A stretch of DNA of 64,000 nt from an uncultured Armatimonadetes bacterium (GTDB taxonomy: Bacteria; Armatimonadota; Hebobacteria; Hebobacterales; Hebobacteraceae): assembly GCA_963716175.1 (NCBI GenBank), contig OY970296.1, positions 2,528,001 through 2,592,000 of the forward strand, given 5' to 3'. Below, one piece after another: positions 29,096 to 39,360 of the stretch. A program made the translations under genes and the position numbers. The notes under the pieces are model-generated. The model was given only the letters and a program-made list of their open reading frames with translations, was not told the DNA's origin and ran no database searches. Each line of letters begins with the position of its first letter. Position 1 is the stretch's first letter.

Positions 29096-29257
29096 TATGC
29101 TTATTAGGGTTGCGATGAAGCCCGCCTGGCCCTGGGGCAGGCGGGTTCGCATGACCAACGGGGCCTGGCGCTTGGTGGCCCGCTTGGTCACCGTCCTCAT
29201 CGCGGCCACCCCGAGCGCGGTGTTGGGGATTATCAGCGCGCGTGTGGGGAGAGAAAC
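29096..29257 (+). promoter_or_regulatory. Putative -10 (TATGCT) followed by a structured 5' leader of the CODH/Wood-Ljungdahl operon
   Basis: Three-helix junction readable by hand at 29108-29207, plus a hairpin at 29209-29228 before the RBS. Confidence 0.5.
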
Positions 29258-29448
29258 ATGTGCGAGTCCAAAGTCTTTCTGGCAACACCGGAGGGCGAGA
29301 AGCTGGTACTGGAGGAGGTGGCCGCGATCAGGCCGGAGGGGACGGCTACCGGCTGGTGACGCTGTTCGGTGAGCAGGCGCACGTCCGGGGCCGGATCAAG
29401 GAGATAGACTTGCTGCAGCACCGGGTCGTGCTGGAGGCGATGCCCTGA
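29258..29448 (+). CDS. cooT: CooT family nickel-binding protein; frameshift in a G run near 29340
   Basis: MCESKVFL...LVLEEVAAIRPEG, then GDGYRLVTLFGEQ...IKEIDLLQHRVVL in another frame. Confidence 0.8.
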
Positions 29449-29550
29449 TGCGCCTCCGACCTCGTAGGCTTGGGTGGTGTCGTCTCGCTGGGATGGAACC
29501 GAGATGGCGACTGCCCTTTCCCCGATAAGGCGGAGTGAAGGAGTCTGACC

Positions 29551-30060
29551 TTGGCCAAGGCCATTGTGGTTGATGTCAATAAGTGCTATGCCTGCCTTGG
29601 CTGCGTGGTGGAATGCGCCTACCACCAGGCCCGGGCCGGTCAAGACGTATCCCTCAGCTCGGGGGTGCTGTCCTTCGCTGGCTGCGATGTGGTGGCAGTG
29701 GACAGAGAGCCGGTGCCGCTGGTGTGCAATCACTGCGAGGACGCCCCCTGCATGCGGGTCTGTCCCACCAACGCTATCAAGCGGGCGGCCGAGGGCGGGC
29801 CTGTGCTGCTGGAGGCGGAGCGCTGCATTGGCTGCCGGGCCTGTGCCATGGCCTGCCCCTTCGGCATGATCCAGATGCGCCCGGACGGCGTCACCGCGAT
29901 CAAGTGCGACCTGTGCGCAGATCGTACCGCCAAGGGCTTGCCGCCGGCCTGCGTCGCCGCCTGCATCACCGGCGCCCTGGAGCTGAGAGAGATAGACGAC
30001 GTGATCGCCGAGGCGAGAAAGCGCGCCGCGGCCTTGCTGGCGCGCAGCGGGAAGGGGTGA
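29551..30060 (+). CDS. cooF: CooF-like 4x[4Fe-4S] electron transfer protein
   Basis: CYACLGCVVEC, CNHCEDAPCMRVCP, CIGCRACAMACP, KCDLC...PACVAAC. Confidence 0.85.
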   Translation: MAKAIVVDVNKCYACLGCVVECAYHQARAGQDVSLSSGVLSFAGCDVVAVDREPVPLVCNHCEDAPCMRVCPTNAIKRAAEGGPVLLEAERCIGCRACAMACPFGMIQMRPDGVTAIKCDLCADRTAKGLPPACVAACITGALELREIDDVIAEARKRAAALLARSGKG

Positions 30061-30097
30061 CCTGCGCGGCTCACTGGTTCGATCGGCGAGTAGTCCC

Positions 30098-30601
30098 ATG
30101 ACGATAGAGACCGCCCCTGATTACCGTGGTGCCGTCGAGGCCGTGATCGCAGTGTACGGCCGCGACCCGGGCTTCCTGATCCCGATGCTGCAGGATGTGC
30201 AGCGCGAGTTCGGATACTTGCCGGCCGAAGCCATGAGGACGATAGCCGAGCTGCTCGGGATTCCCGTGAGTCAGTGCTACTCCGTCGCGACGTTCTACAC
30301 CTCACTCAGCCTGGTCCCGCGGGGGCGGCACCTGATCACCCTCTGCCTGGGAACGGTGTGCTATCTGAAAGGGGCCAACGAGATTGCGGAGACCATTCAG
30401 CGGCGCCTCGTTGTCCAGGTCGGCGGCACCACCGCAGATCGCCTCTTCACCTATCAGCCGGTGAACTGCCTGGGGGCCTGCGCCCTGGCGCCGGTGATGG
30501 TGATAGACGAGGAGTATTTCGACAAGGTCAAGGTGCGCCAGGTGCCGGATATCCTGGCCAAGTATGCCAAGCAGGAGAATCCCCTTCGCGATGGTGACTA
30601 G
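30098..30601 (+). CDS. NuoE/HydC-like [2Fe-2S] subunit
   Basis: [32 protein letters not shown]. Confidence 0.92.
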   Translation: MTIETAPDYRGAVEAVIAVYGRDPGFLIPMLQDVQREFGYLPAEAMRTIAELLGIPVSQCYSVATFYTSLSLVPRGRHLITLCLGTVCYLKGANEIAETIQRRLVVQVGGTTADRLFTYQPVNCLGACALAPVMVIDEEYFDKVKVRQVPDILAKYAKQENPLRDGD

Positions 30602-32450
30602 ACAGCTCACAAGCGCAGCTGATCTCGCGCGTTGGCAAGATGAGATCAGTGGGCGAGCGGGAGAAGCGAAGGTCACGGTAACGGTGTGCCTCGGCACCGG
30701 CTGCGGGGCCAAGGGTGCGGCGCGGGTGATTGAGGCCTTGGAGGCAAAGGTCAGGGAGCTGAACGGCGACGCGCAGGTCAAGGTCAAGCCCACCGGGTGC
30801 CACGGCTTCTGCGAACGGGGGCCCATCGTAGTGGTCTCGCCCGGTGACATCTTCTACCAGAATGTGCGGGAGGAGGATGTCGCGGAGCTCGTCCAGGAGA
30901 CCATCCTGGGGGGCCGGGTGGTGGAACGCCTGCTCTATCAGGATCCGGTGACCGGCGAGAAGATCACCACCAGCCGGGGCATACCGTTCTACAGCAAGCA
31001 GATGCGGCTGGTGCTTCGGCACAACGGCATCACCGACCCGAGCCGGATCGAAGAGTACATCGCCGTGGGCGGGTACACCAGCCTGGCCAAGGTGCTGACC
31101 AAGATGACGCCGGAGGAGGTCATCGCGGAGGTGGACCTCGCCGGGCTGCGGGGCCGAGGTGGGGGCGGCTTCCCTACGGGCCGCAAGTGGCGCACCTGCC
31201 GGGAGGCGGAGGGCGAGCCCAAGTACGTCATCTGCAACGGCGACGAAGGAGACCCCGGGGCCTTCATGGATCGCTCCATCATGGAGGCCAATCCCCATGC
31301 CGTGATCGAGGGGATGATCATCGGAGCGTATGCGATCGGGGCCCACCAGGGCTACCTCTACGTGCGAAACGAGTACCCGCTTGCGGTCCGCCGCTTGAGG
31401 AAGGCCTTAGACGACGCGGGTGACCACGGCCTCCTCGGCGAGGACATCCTGGGCAGTGGCTTCTCATTCGACATCCGCATCAACCGCGGGGGTGGAGCGT
31501 TCGTGTGCGGCGAGTCCACCGCGCTGATGGCCTCGCTCGAGGGCAGGCCGGGCGAGCCCCGGGCGAAGTACGTCCATACCGTAGAGGCGGGGCTCAACAA
31601 TAAGCCTACGAATCTGAACAATGTAGAGACCTGGGCAAACGTGCCCCTGATCATCGAGCGGGGCGGGAGATGGTTTGCTTCCATCGGCACGGAGCGAAGC
31701 AAGGGCACGAAGGTGTTCTCTCTGGTAGGGAAGGTGCGCAACACCGGGCTGGTCGAGGTGCCCATGGGCATGACCCTGCGTGAAATCGTGTTTGACATCG
31801 GCGGCGGGATCCCCGATGACAAGGCCTTCAAGGCGGTGCAGACTGGCGGCCCCTCCGGGGGCTGCATCCCGGCCCAGTTCCTCGACACCCCGGTTGACTT
31901 CGACGAGCTCTGGAAGCTGGGCTCGATGATGGGCTCCGGCGGGCTGATCGTGATGGATGAAGACACCTGCATGGTGAATGTGGCCCGCTATTTCCTGGAC
32001 TTCCTCCAGAAGGAATCCTGCGGCAAGTGCACCGCCTGCCGGGAGGGGGTGGCGCAGATGCTGCATCTGCTCAACGGCATCTGCGCGGGCAAGGGCCGGG
32101 AAGGCGATGTCGAGCTGCTGCTCGAGCTCTGCGACATCCTGGAGGATGCCGCGCTCTGCGGGCTGGGCAACACCGCCTGCAACCCGGTGCGGAGCACGAT
32201 CCGGTACTTTCGCGACGAGTACGACGCCCACATCCGGGAGCGCCGCTGCCCGGCCCGGCAGTGCCGCGGGCTGTTCCGCTACGAGATCGTCGCCGAGAGC
32301 TGCAGGGGCTGCGGGATCTGCCTCAAGGAATGCCCGCAGGAGGCAATCTCGGGCGAGGCCAGGAAGCCGCACACCATTGACCAGAGCAAGTGCATCAGCT
32401 GCGGCCTGTGCTTCGCGGCCTGCCGCTTCGACAGTATCGCCAAGGTGTGA
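30591..32450 (+). CDS. NuoF/HydB (BfuB)-like FMN/NAD-binding subunit with N-terminal [2Fe-2S] and C-terminal 2x[4Fe-4S]
   Basis: [51 protein letters not shown]; two C-terminal ferredoxin motifs. Confidence 0.95.
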   Translation: MVTRQLTSAADLARWQDEISGRAGEAKVTVTVCLGTGCGAKGAARVIEALEAKVRELNGDAQVKVKPTGCHGFCERGPIVVVSPGDIFYQNVREEDVAELVQETILGGRVVERLLYQDPVTGEKITTSRGIPFYSKQMRLVLRHNGITDPSRIEEYIAVGGYTSLAKVLTKMTPEEVIAEVDLAGLRGRGGGGFPTGRKWRTCREAEGEPKYVICNGDEGDPGAFMDRSIMEANPHAVIEGMIIGAYAIGAHQGYLYVRNEYPLAVRRLRKALDDAGDHGLLGEDILGSGFSFDIRINRGGGAFVCGESTALMASLEGRPGEPRAKYVHTVEAGLNNKPTNLNNVETWANVPLIIERGGRWFASIGTERSKGTKVFSLVGKVRNTGLVEVPMGMTLREIVFDIGGGIPDDKAFKAVQTGGPSGGCIPAQFLDTPVDFDELWKLGSMMGSGGLIVMDEDTCMVNVARYFLDFLQKESCGKCTACREGVAQMLHLLNGICAGKGREGDVELLLELCDILEDAALCGLGNTACNPVRSTIRYFRDEYDAHIRERRCPARQCRGLFRYEIVAESCRGCGICLKECPQEAISGEARKPHTIDQSKCISCGLCFAACRFDSIAKV

Positions 32451-32485
32451 ACAGGGACGGGCGCTGATACGGGTGACATCTGCCG

Positions 32486-33253
32486 ATGGCTAAGCTGACC
32501 ATAAACGGACGTGAGGTCGAGGCGAAGGAAGACCAGAGCGTGCTGGAGGTGGCGCGGGCCGCGGGGATCTACATCCCGGCCTTGTGCTATCACCCCGCGG
32601 TCTCGCCCTATGGCTCCTGCCGGCTGTGTCTGGTGGAGGTGAAGGCGGGTAACCGCACCCGCATGGTAACCTCGTGCTGCTATCCCGCGCGAGGCGGGAT
32701 TGAGGTGTTGACGGACACGGAGAAGGTGCAGAGAACCAGACGCGGGGTGATGGAGCTGCTGCTGGCGCGGGCGCCGGGGTCAGCTTCGCTGCGCGCGCTG
32801 GCTGCTTCCCTGGGCGTGACGGAGCCGCGCTTCCCGACCCTCACCCGGGGCGAACGGGACTGCATTCTCTGCGGGTTGTGCGTCAATGTCTGCCGAGAGG
32901 TGATGGGCGCGGCGGCAATATCGTTCGCCAACCGAGGGGTTGATCGCACGGTGGTGGCCCCTTTCCTGGAGTCATCGGAGGCCTGCATGGGGTGCGGCGC
33001 CTGCGCCGCGGTGTGCCCGATGGGAACGGTTGAGCTTCGCTGGACGGAAGCAGAGGTCGAGGTCGCGCCCTTCAAGAACCGGGTGCCGCTGATGCGCTGC
33101 CGGAACTGCGGGCGGCCCATCACCGGCGCGCCCTTCAGCCAGCAAGTTGAAGGGCGCCTGGGAGATAAGCTGGCCTCGGCCGTCACCTTGTGCACGGCGT
33201 GCAAGCGCAGTGCCGCCGCGCTGGCCGCGAAGAAGGCAGCAGTGGCAAGCTGA
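32486..33253 (+). CDS. NuoG/HydA N-terminal-like Fe-S subunit without a catalytic domain
   Basis: IPALC...GSCRLC...TSC; CILCGLCVNVC; CMGCGACAAVCP; C-terminal CxxC...CxxC. Confidence 0.88.
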   Translation: MAKLTINGREVEAKEDQSVLEVARAAGIYIPALCYHPAVSPYGSCRLCLVEVKAGNRTRMVTSCCYPARGGIEVLTDTEKVQRTRRGVMELLLARAPGSASLRALAASLGVTEPRFPTLTRGERDCILCGLCVNVCREVMGAAAISFANRGVDRTVVAPFLESSEACMGCGACAAVCPMGTVELRWTEAEVEVAPFKNRVPLMRCRNCGRPITGAPFSQQVEGRLGDKLASAVTLCTACKRSAAALAAKKAAVAS

Positions 33254-33337
33254 ACCTGAAGTGGTGGGGCTGGCATGCCTATGCCAGCCGGGCGCGCATA
33301 CAGAGACATGCCCGCCCTACGGAGGAAGAGTGAGACG

Positions 33338-35269
33338 ATGAGTGATAGCAAGAATCGGATGAGAGATGCGGCGAGCCAGGAAGCCTTGGAGGAGGCCTGC
33401 GAGCGCGGCATTCTGACCGCCCTGGATCGCTACGAGCTGCAGCAGCCCAGCTGCAAGTTCGGGCAGGAGGGCATCTGCTGCCGCATCTGCAACATGGGGC
33501 CGTGTCGAGTGATCAGCACGGCTACGGAGGGAAGGTTGGGAGTGTGTGGCGCCAGCGCCGACACCATTGCCGCCCGCAACCTGCTGCGCATGATCGCGGG
33601 CGGAGCCGCGGCGCATTCCGACCATGGTCGAGATGTGGTCAACACCTTCATCCTGATGGCCAAAGGGGAGGCGAAGGATTACCGCATCAAGGATGAGATC
33701 AAGCTGCGCCGGCTGGCCCAGGAGTACGGGGTGGCCATGGATGGCAAGTCTCCGCTCCAGATCGCGCAGGGCCTGGGCGAGCGCATGCTGGCCGAGTTCG
33801 GTCAGCAGGAGGGGGAGCTGAGGACGCTGGCGCGGGCCCCGCAGCGCCGCCAGCGGCTGTGGCGGGAGCTGGGAGTGGCCACCCGGGGCATTGATCGAGA
33901 GATCGTAGAGAGCATGCACCGTTCCACCATGGGGGTGGACGCAGATTACAGAGACCTGATGCACCACGGCATCCGCACCGCGCTGGGCGATGGCTGGGGC
34001 GGCTCCATGATCGCCACCGACTTGCAGGACGTGATGCTCGGCTCGCCCGTGCCGGTGCGGGCCAAGGTCAACCTCGGGGTGTTGAGCGAGGACAAGGTCA
34101 ACATCCTGGTGCACGGGCACGAGCCTATTCTCTCGGAGATGGTGGTGGAGGCCTCCCGAGATCCGGAGCTGCTGAAGCTGGCGGAGGAGAAGGGGGCCAA
34201 GGGTATTCAGCTCAGTGGCATCTGCTGCTCCGCCAACGAGGTATTGATGAGGCAGGGGATTCCGGTAGCGGGGACGTTCCTGCAGCAGGAGCTGGCCCTG
34301 GCCACCGGCGCGGTGGAGGCGATGGTGGTGGACGTGCAGTGCCTGATGCCCTCCTTGCCGCAAGTGGCAGCCTGCTCGCACACCGAGCTCATCACGACCT
34401 CGCCCAAAGGCCGCATGCCGGGGGTGCGCCACATCGAGTTCGAGGAGAAGCGCGCGCTGGAGGTGGCGCGGGAGATCGTCCGGATCGCCATCGAGAACTT
34501 CCCGAACCGCAACCGGGAGACCGTTCACATCCCCAAGCAGTCCATGGACCTGGTCGCCGGTTTCACCACCGAATATGTCTTCCGGTTGCTGGGGGGGCGC
34601 TTCCGGCCCTCCTACCGGCCTCTCAACAATGGGATCATGGAGGGCCGTCTGCGCGGCGTGGCCGGGGTAGTGGGATGCTGCAACCCGAACTTCCAGCCGG
34701 TCGACTCCGGGCACATCGAGATGGTGAAGGAGCTGATCCGCAACGACGTGCTGGTGGTGCAGACGGGCTGCTCGGCCATCGCCTGCGCCAAGGAGGGACT
34801 GCTGGTGCCGGAGGCGGCCGCCCAGTACGCGGGGCGCGGCCTCCAGGAGATCTGCGAGGCCGTGGGCATCCCGCCCGTGCTGCACGTTGGCTCCTGCGTT
34901 GATAACAGCCGCATCCTGATCGCCTGCTGCGAGATGCTGAGAGAGGGCGGGCTGGGCGAGGATATCAGCGACCTGCCGGTGGCGGGGGCGGCGCCCGAGT
35001 GGATGTCGGAGAAGGCGGTGTCGATCGGGATGTACGTGGTGGCCTCGGGCATCTTCACCGTTTTCGGGACTCCGCTGCCGGTGCGGGGGTCGCAGGCGCT
35101 CTACGATTATCTGACCAAGGAGATGGAGCAGGAAGTGGGGGCGGCCTGGGCCTTCGAGAGGGACCCGGTGGCGGCCGCCCGGTTGATGATCGCGCGCATA
35201 GACGAGAAGCGCGCGGCCCTGAAGCTGCGACCCATGCTGTATGAAGCGCGAGAGCTAGTGCCTGCCTAG
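33338..35269 (+). CDS. cooS: Anaerobic Ni,Fe carbon monoxide dehydrogenase catalytic subunit (CooS/AcsA)
   Basis: CKFGQEGICCRICNMGPC, HGHEP, GICC, DVQC, TGC, GSCVDNSR, WMSEKA. Confidence 0.97.
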   Translation: MSDSKNRMRDAASQEALEEACERGILTALDRYELQQPSCKFGQEGICCRICNMGPCRVISTATEGRLGVCGASADTIAARNLLRMIAGGAAAHSDHGRDVVNTFILMAKGEAKDYRIKDEIKLRRLAQEYGVAMDGKSPLQIAQGLGERMLAEFGQQEGELRTLARAPQRRQRLWRELGVATRGIDREIVESMHRSTMGVDADYRDLMHHGIRTALGDGWGGSMIATDLQDVMLGSPVPVRAKVNLGVLSEDKVNILVHGHEPILSEMVVEASRDPELLKLAEEKGAKGIQLSGICCSANEVLMRQGIPVAGTFLQQELALATGAVEAMVVDVQCLMPSLPQVAACSHTELITTSPKGRMPGVRHIEFEEKRALEVAREIVRIAIENFPNRNRETVHIPKQSMDLVAGFTTEYVFRLLGGRFRPSYRPLNNGIMEGRLRGVAGVVGCCNPNFQPVDSGHIEMVKELIRNDVLVVQTGCSAIACAKEGLLVPEAAAQYAGRGLQEICEAVGIPPVLHVGSCVDNSRILIACCEMLREGGLGEDISDLPVAGAAPEWMSEKAVSIGMYVVASGIFTVFGTPLPVRGSQALYDYLTKEMEQEVGAAWAFERDPVAAARLMIARIDEKRAALKLRPMLYEARELVPA

Positions 35270-35358
35270 CGTGGAGCCGCGCCGGAGCGCGGAGCACCCG
35301 GTTGCCTGCTGGCAGCCTGCCGGTACCATCATATACTCAAAGGGGCGAGGAAAGGAAC

Positions 35359-37053
35359 GTGAAGAGCGACCTGGAGATTGCACAAGCCGCCAGCATGCGG
35401 CCCATCTTGGAGATCGCTGACCATCTCGGCATTGCCGAAGATGAGCTCGACCTGTATGGGCGCTACAAAGCCAAAGTTCATCTCAACATCCTGGAGCGGC
35501 TGAAGGGCCGCCCCAATGGCAAGTACGTAGACGTCACCGCCATCACTCCCACCCCCCTGGGCGAGGGCAAGACGGTGACCACCATCGGGGTATCGCAGGC
35601 GCTGGGCTATCTGGGCAAGAGGGTGATCACCTGCATTCGCCAGCCCAGCCTGGGCCCGGTGTTCGGGATCAAGGGGGGCGCGGCCGGCGGGGGCTACGCC
35701 CAGGTAGTGCCGATGGAGGATTTCAACCTTCACCTCACCGGCGATGTTCACGCCGTGGGCATTGCCAACAACCTGCTGGCGGCGATGATAGACGCTCATC
35801 TCAAGCACGGCAATCAGCTCAACATTGACCCGCGCACCATCTCCTGGCGGCGAGTGATAGACCTCAACGACAAGTGGGGCGTTTACAACATCGTCGCCGG
35901 CCTGGGCGGCGAGAACCGCGTGCCCCGGGAGACGGGGTTCGACATTACAGTGGCGAGCGAGGTGATGGCGATCCTGGCGCTGGCCACCAGTCTGCAGGAC
36001 CTGCGCCAGCGGCTGGGCCGCATCGTCATCGGCTCCACCTACGCCGGCGAGCCGGTGACGGCCGAGCAACTCCAGGCGGCCGGCGCCATGTGCGTGCTGC
36101 TGCGGGACGCGCTGATGCCTAACCTGATGCAGACTCTGGAGAACACGCCGCTGTTCGTGCACGCCGGGCCCTTTGCCAATATCGCCCATGGCAACTCCTC
36201 CATCGTCGCCGACCAGATCGCTCTCAAGCTCGCCGATTACGTGGTTACCGAGTCCGGCTTTGGGGCGGACTGCGGGATGGAGAAGTTCTTCAATATCAAG
36301 TGCCGCGTCAGTGGCCTGGCCCCCAACTGCGTGGTGATCGTGGCCACCGTGCGGGCCCTCAAGATGCACGGCGGCATTGGCACCGTGAGGCCCGGCCGGC
36401 CTCTGCCCAAGGAGTTGATCGAGGAGAACCTGCCGGCCCTGGAGAAGGGCGGCGAGAACCTGGTCAAGCACATCGAGAACGCCCGCCTGTTCGGGGTGCC
36501 GGTGGTGGTGGCGGTCAACCGCTTCACCCAGGATACCGAGCCTGAGATCGAGCTGATCCAGAAGATGGCGGTGGGGGCGGGAGCAGAAGGCGCCTATGTA
36601 TCAGAGGTCTGGGCGCATGGAGGCAAAGGCGGCACCGAGCTGGCTCAGGCCGTGATCGCGGCTTGCGAGAAGCCGACCGACTTCAGGCTCCTCTACCCGG
36701 ACGACCTGCCCATCAAGCAGAAGATCGAGACCATCGCCACCAAGGTCTACGGGGCGGATGGCGTGGACTACGACGCGGTGGCCGAGCGGAAGATCGAGGC
36801 CTTCACCAAGTGGGGGCTGGACAAGCTCCCCATCTGCATGGCCAAGACCCACCTCTCACTCTCCCATGACTCCAACCTGAAAGGCCGGCCGCGGGGCTTC
36901 CGGGTGCCGGTGCGAGACATTCGACCCAGCGCGGGCGCGGGGTTCCTCTACCCGCTCTGCGGCGCCTTCACTACCATGCCCGGGCTGCCCAGCCGGCCCG
37001 CGGCAGTGGTTGTTGACGTAGACAAAGATGGGAAGATCGTGGGGCTGTTCTAG
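35359..37053 (+). CDS. fhs: Formate--tetrahydrofolate ligase
   Basis: TPTPLGEGKT, GIKGGAAGGGYAQV, HAGPFANIAHG, CMAKTHLSLS, TMPGLP. Confidence 0.98.
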   Translation: MKSDLEIAQAASMRPILEIADHLGIAEDELDLYGRYKAKVHLNILERLKGRPNGKYVDVTAITPTPLGEGKTVTTIGVSQALGYLGKRVITCIRQPSLGPVFGIKGGAAGGGYAQVVPMEDFNLHLTGDVHAVGIANNLLAAMIDAHLKHGNQLNIDPRTISWRRVIDLNDKWGVYNIVAGLGGENRVPRETGFDITVASEVMAILALATSLQDLRQRLGRIVIGSTYAGEPVTAEQLQAAGAMCVLLRDALMPNLMQTLENTPLFVHAGPFANIAHGNSSIVADQIALKLADYVVTESGFGADCGMEKFFNIKCRVSGLAPNCVVIVATVRALKMHGGIGTVRPGRPLPKELIEENLPALEKGGENLVKHIENARLFGVPVVVAVNRFTQDTEPEIELIQKMAVGAGAEGAYVSEVWAHGGKGGTELAQAVIAACEKPTDFRLLYPDDLPIKQKIETIATKVYGADGVDYDAVAERKIEAFTKWGLDKLPICMAKTHLSLSHDSNLKGRPRGFRVPVRDIRPSAGAGFLYPLCGAFTTMPGLPSRPAAVVVDVDKDGKIVGLF

Positions 37054-37055
37054 CA

Positions 37056-37700
37056 ATGGCCTACTTGGAAGAACCGCTCAAACACTACTCCGACGCGCTG
37101 GCCAGCGGCAGGCCTACACCTGGCGGAGGGAGCGCGGCCGCCCTGGTAGGCGCGTTGGGGGCGGCCCTCAACAGCATGGTCGCCAACTTCACCGTGGGCC
37201 GGGAGAAGTTCGCCGCGGTGGAGGCAGAGGTGCGGGAGTTGCTGGCGGAGAGCGAGCGCCTGCGGGCCGACCTGGAGCGGCTGACTCAGGCCGACACCGA
37301 GGCCTACGGCATGGTCTCCCGCGCCTACCGGATGCCTCGGGAGACGGAGGAGGAGAAGGCGGCGCGAGAGGCGGCGATCCAGGAGGCGCTGAAGGCGGCG
37401 GCCGAAGTGCCCCGACAGGCGGTCGGCGCCTGCCGCGCCGTGCTGAAGATCGCGGCCCAGCTCCTGGAGAAGGGCAACCCGAACCTGATCACCGATGTGG
37501 GTGTGGCTGCGAAGTTCGCGCTGGCCGGCATGGAGTGCGCCACTCTGAATGCCGAGATCAACTTGATCCACATCAAGGATAGCGCCTACGTGGAGGCCGC
37601 CTTCAGCTCCATGAAGCCGCTGATCGAGGAGGGAGAGAGGTTGGCGCAGCAGGTGTGGCACGAAGTGATCCATCGCATGAGGCAGGGGGTGAAGAAATGA
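37056..37700 (+). CDS. fchA: Formiminotransferase-cyclodeaminase C-terminal-like / methenyl-THF cyclohydrolase
   Basis: LASGRPTPGGGSAAAL, GNPNLITDVGV, LNAEINL. Confidence 0.9.
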   Translation: MAYLEEPLKHYSDALASGRPTPGGGSAAALVGALGAALNSMVANFTVGREKFAAVEAEVRELLAESERLRADLERLTQADTEAYGMVSRAYRMPRETEEEKAAREAAIQEALKAAAEVPRQAVGACRAVLKIAAQLLEKGNPNLITDVGVAAKFALAGMECATLNAEINLIHIKDSAYVEAAFSSMKPLIEEGERLAQQVWHEVIHRMRQGVKK

Positions 37701-38620
37701 GCGCGCGACTATTGGAGGGCAGGCCCATTGCCGAGGCCATCCGCGGGAAGGTGAAAGCGGATGTGGAGGCCTTGAAGGCAAAGGGGGTCACGCCCAAGCT
37801 GGTGGCAGTGCTGGCCGGCGACAACCCCGGCGCCAAGTTCTACGCGGGCGCCCAGGAGAAAGCCTGCCAGGAAGTCGGGATCGCCTACGAGCTGGAGCAG
37901 CACCCCAGCGAGATCACCCAGGCCGAGCTGGAGGCGGTCATTGCACGGCTGAACGGGGAGGCCTCGGTGCACGGGATTCTGCTGCTCATGCCGGTGCCCA
38001 AGGGGCTGAACGGCCCAGCCGCCCAGGCCCTGATTGATCACCGCAAGGACGTGGACGGGGTGAGCCCTGCGAACCTGGGCCGGGTGGTGCTGGGGCAGCC
38101 CCGCCTGGCGCCTTGCACGGCCATGAGCGTGATCGAACTGCTCCGCTCCAGCGGTGTGGACGCCTATGGCAAGGAGGCGGTGGTCGTGGGCAGCAGCGAG
38201 ATCGTGGGCAAGCCGGTGGCGCTGCTGCTGATGGACAAGTACATCACCACCGATGCCGGCGGGAAGACCGACAGGCTCGCCGGTGCCACCGTCACCGTAT
38301 GTCACATCGGCACCAGTGAGCGGGGAGACCTGGGTGCTCACACCCGCCAGGCCGATATCCTGGTCACCGCGGTGGGGGTGAAGCCCGGCCTGATCTCAGG
38401 CGATATGATCAAGCCGGGCGCGATCGTGATAGACGTGGCCACCATCCGGGTGAAAGACGCGGAGACCGGGAAAACTAACACCTACGGCGACGTGGATTTC
38501 GCGGCCGCCAAAGAGAAGGTGGCGGCGATCACGCCGGTGCCTGGTGGAGTGGGGGTCGTAACCACCGCCATCCTGCTGCGCAACACGGTGGAGGCCGTGC
38601 GCTGGCAGCATGGCCTGTAG
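37697..38620 (+). CDS. folD: Methylene-THF dehydrogenase/cyclohydrolase
   Basis: KDVDG, PCTA, VVGSSEIVGKP, GDVDF, ITPVPGGVG. Confidence 0.95.
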   Translation: MSARLLEGRPIAEAIRGKVKADVEALKAKGVTPKLVAVLAGDNPGAKFYAGAQEKACQEVGIAYELEQHPSEITQAELEAVIARLNGEASVHGILLLMPVPKGLNGPAAQALIDHRKDVDGVSPANLGRVVLGQPRLAPCTAMSVIELLRSSGVDAYGKEAVVVGSSEIVGKPVALLLMDKYITTDAGGKTDRLAGATVTVCHIGTSERGDLGAHTRQADILVTAVGVKPGLISGDMIKPGAIVIDVATIRVKDAETGKTNTYGDVDFAAAKEKVAAITPVPGGVGVVTTAILLRNTVEAVRWQHGL

Positions 38621-38700
38621 GGGCGTGATTCATCACGCCCTCATCGGGGGACGCAATGGATTGCGCCCCCACGGAAGGTAATCGCGAGGAGCGAAGTCGA

Positions 38701-39360
38701 ATGACCATTAGCGAAGCCAAGTCCCTGGAGGAGATCCTCCGCAGCCTGGAAGGGCAAGGCAAAGTGTTCCTGGTCGGCTGCAGCGAGTGTGCCACGGTGG
38801 TGCAGGTCGGAGGCGAAGACCAGCTCAAGGCGATGGCCGAGGAACTCACCCAGCATGGCAAGACCGTCACCGGCACGCTGGTCGCCGACCCCGGCTGCCA
38901 TCTGCTCAACCTCAGGCGAGAGTTCCGGGAGCGCCGGCAGGAGATCGAGGGCTCGGACGCCATGCTAGTCCTGTCGTGTGGGACCGGAGCGCAGACCGCG
39001 GCCCAGGCCACCGCCAAGCCCGTGCACGTCGGCACCAACACCCTCTTCCTGGGGTGCGTGGAGCGCTTCGGCCAGTTCCGCGAGTACTGCTCGGCGTGCG
39101 GGGACTGCAGCCTGGAGCAGACCGGCTACATCTGCTCGGTCACCCGCTGCTCCAAGGGCCTGCAGAACGGGCCCTGCGGGGGCACGACGGCGGAGGGAAA
39201 GTGCGAGGTCAATCCCGAGACAGACTGCGGCTGGCTGCTGATCTACAACAAGCTCAAGGAGCAGGGCGGGCTGGACTCCCTCAAGACCTACCAGCCCCCG
39301 AAGGAAGCGCTGCCGCACCCGGGGCAGCGAACGCTCTCGCGGGAGGGGAAAGAGGAATGA
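38701..39360 (+). CDS. metV: Methylene-THF reductase small subunit MetV
   Basis: VGCSECAT, SCGTG, CSACGDC...CSVTRCSKGLQNGPCGG...CEV...CGW. Confidence 0.92.
   Translation: MTISEAKSLEEILRSLEGQGKVFLVGCSECATVVQVGGEDQLKAMAEELTQHGKTVTGTLVADPGCHLLNLRREFRERRQEIEGSDAMLVLSCGTGAQTAAQATAKPVHVGTNTLFLGCVERFGQFREYCSACGDCSLEQTGYICSVTRCSKGLQNGPCGGTTAEGKCEVNPETDCGWLLIYNKLKEQGGLDSLKTYQPPKEALPHPGQRTLSREGKEE

Noticed and set aside
29108-29150. Fluoride (crcB) or ZTP riboswitch resemblance (gcgatgaagcccgcc; cgcctgg)
   Set aside because: Downstream conserved elements of both classes are missing; kept only as an unknown structured leader
29242-29448. ORF-track 68-aa protein MWGEKHVR...
   Set aside because: Hybrid of a wrong-frame N-terminus and the true CooT C-terminus; the real start is ATG 29258 with a lost G in a homopolymer
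30098-33253. Respiratory complex I (nuoEFG) or [FeFe]-hydrogenase
   Set aside because: No membrane nuo genes; the third subunit lacks both the H-cluster domain and the NuoG C-terminal domain
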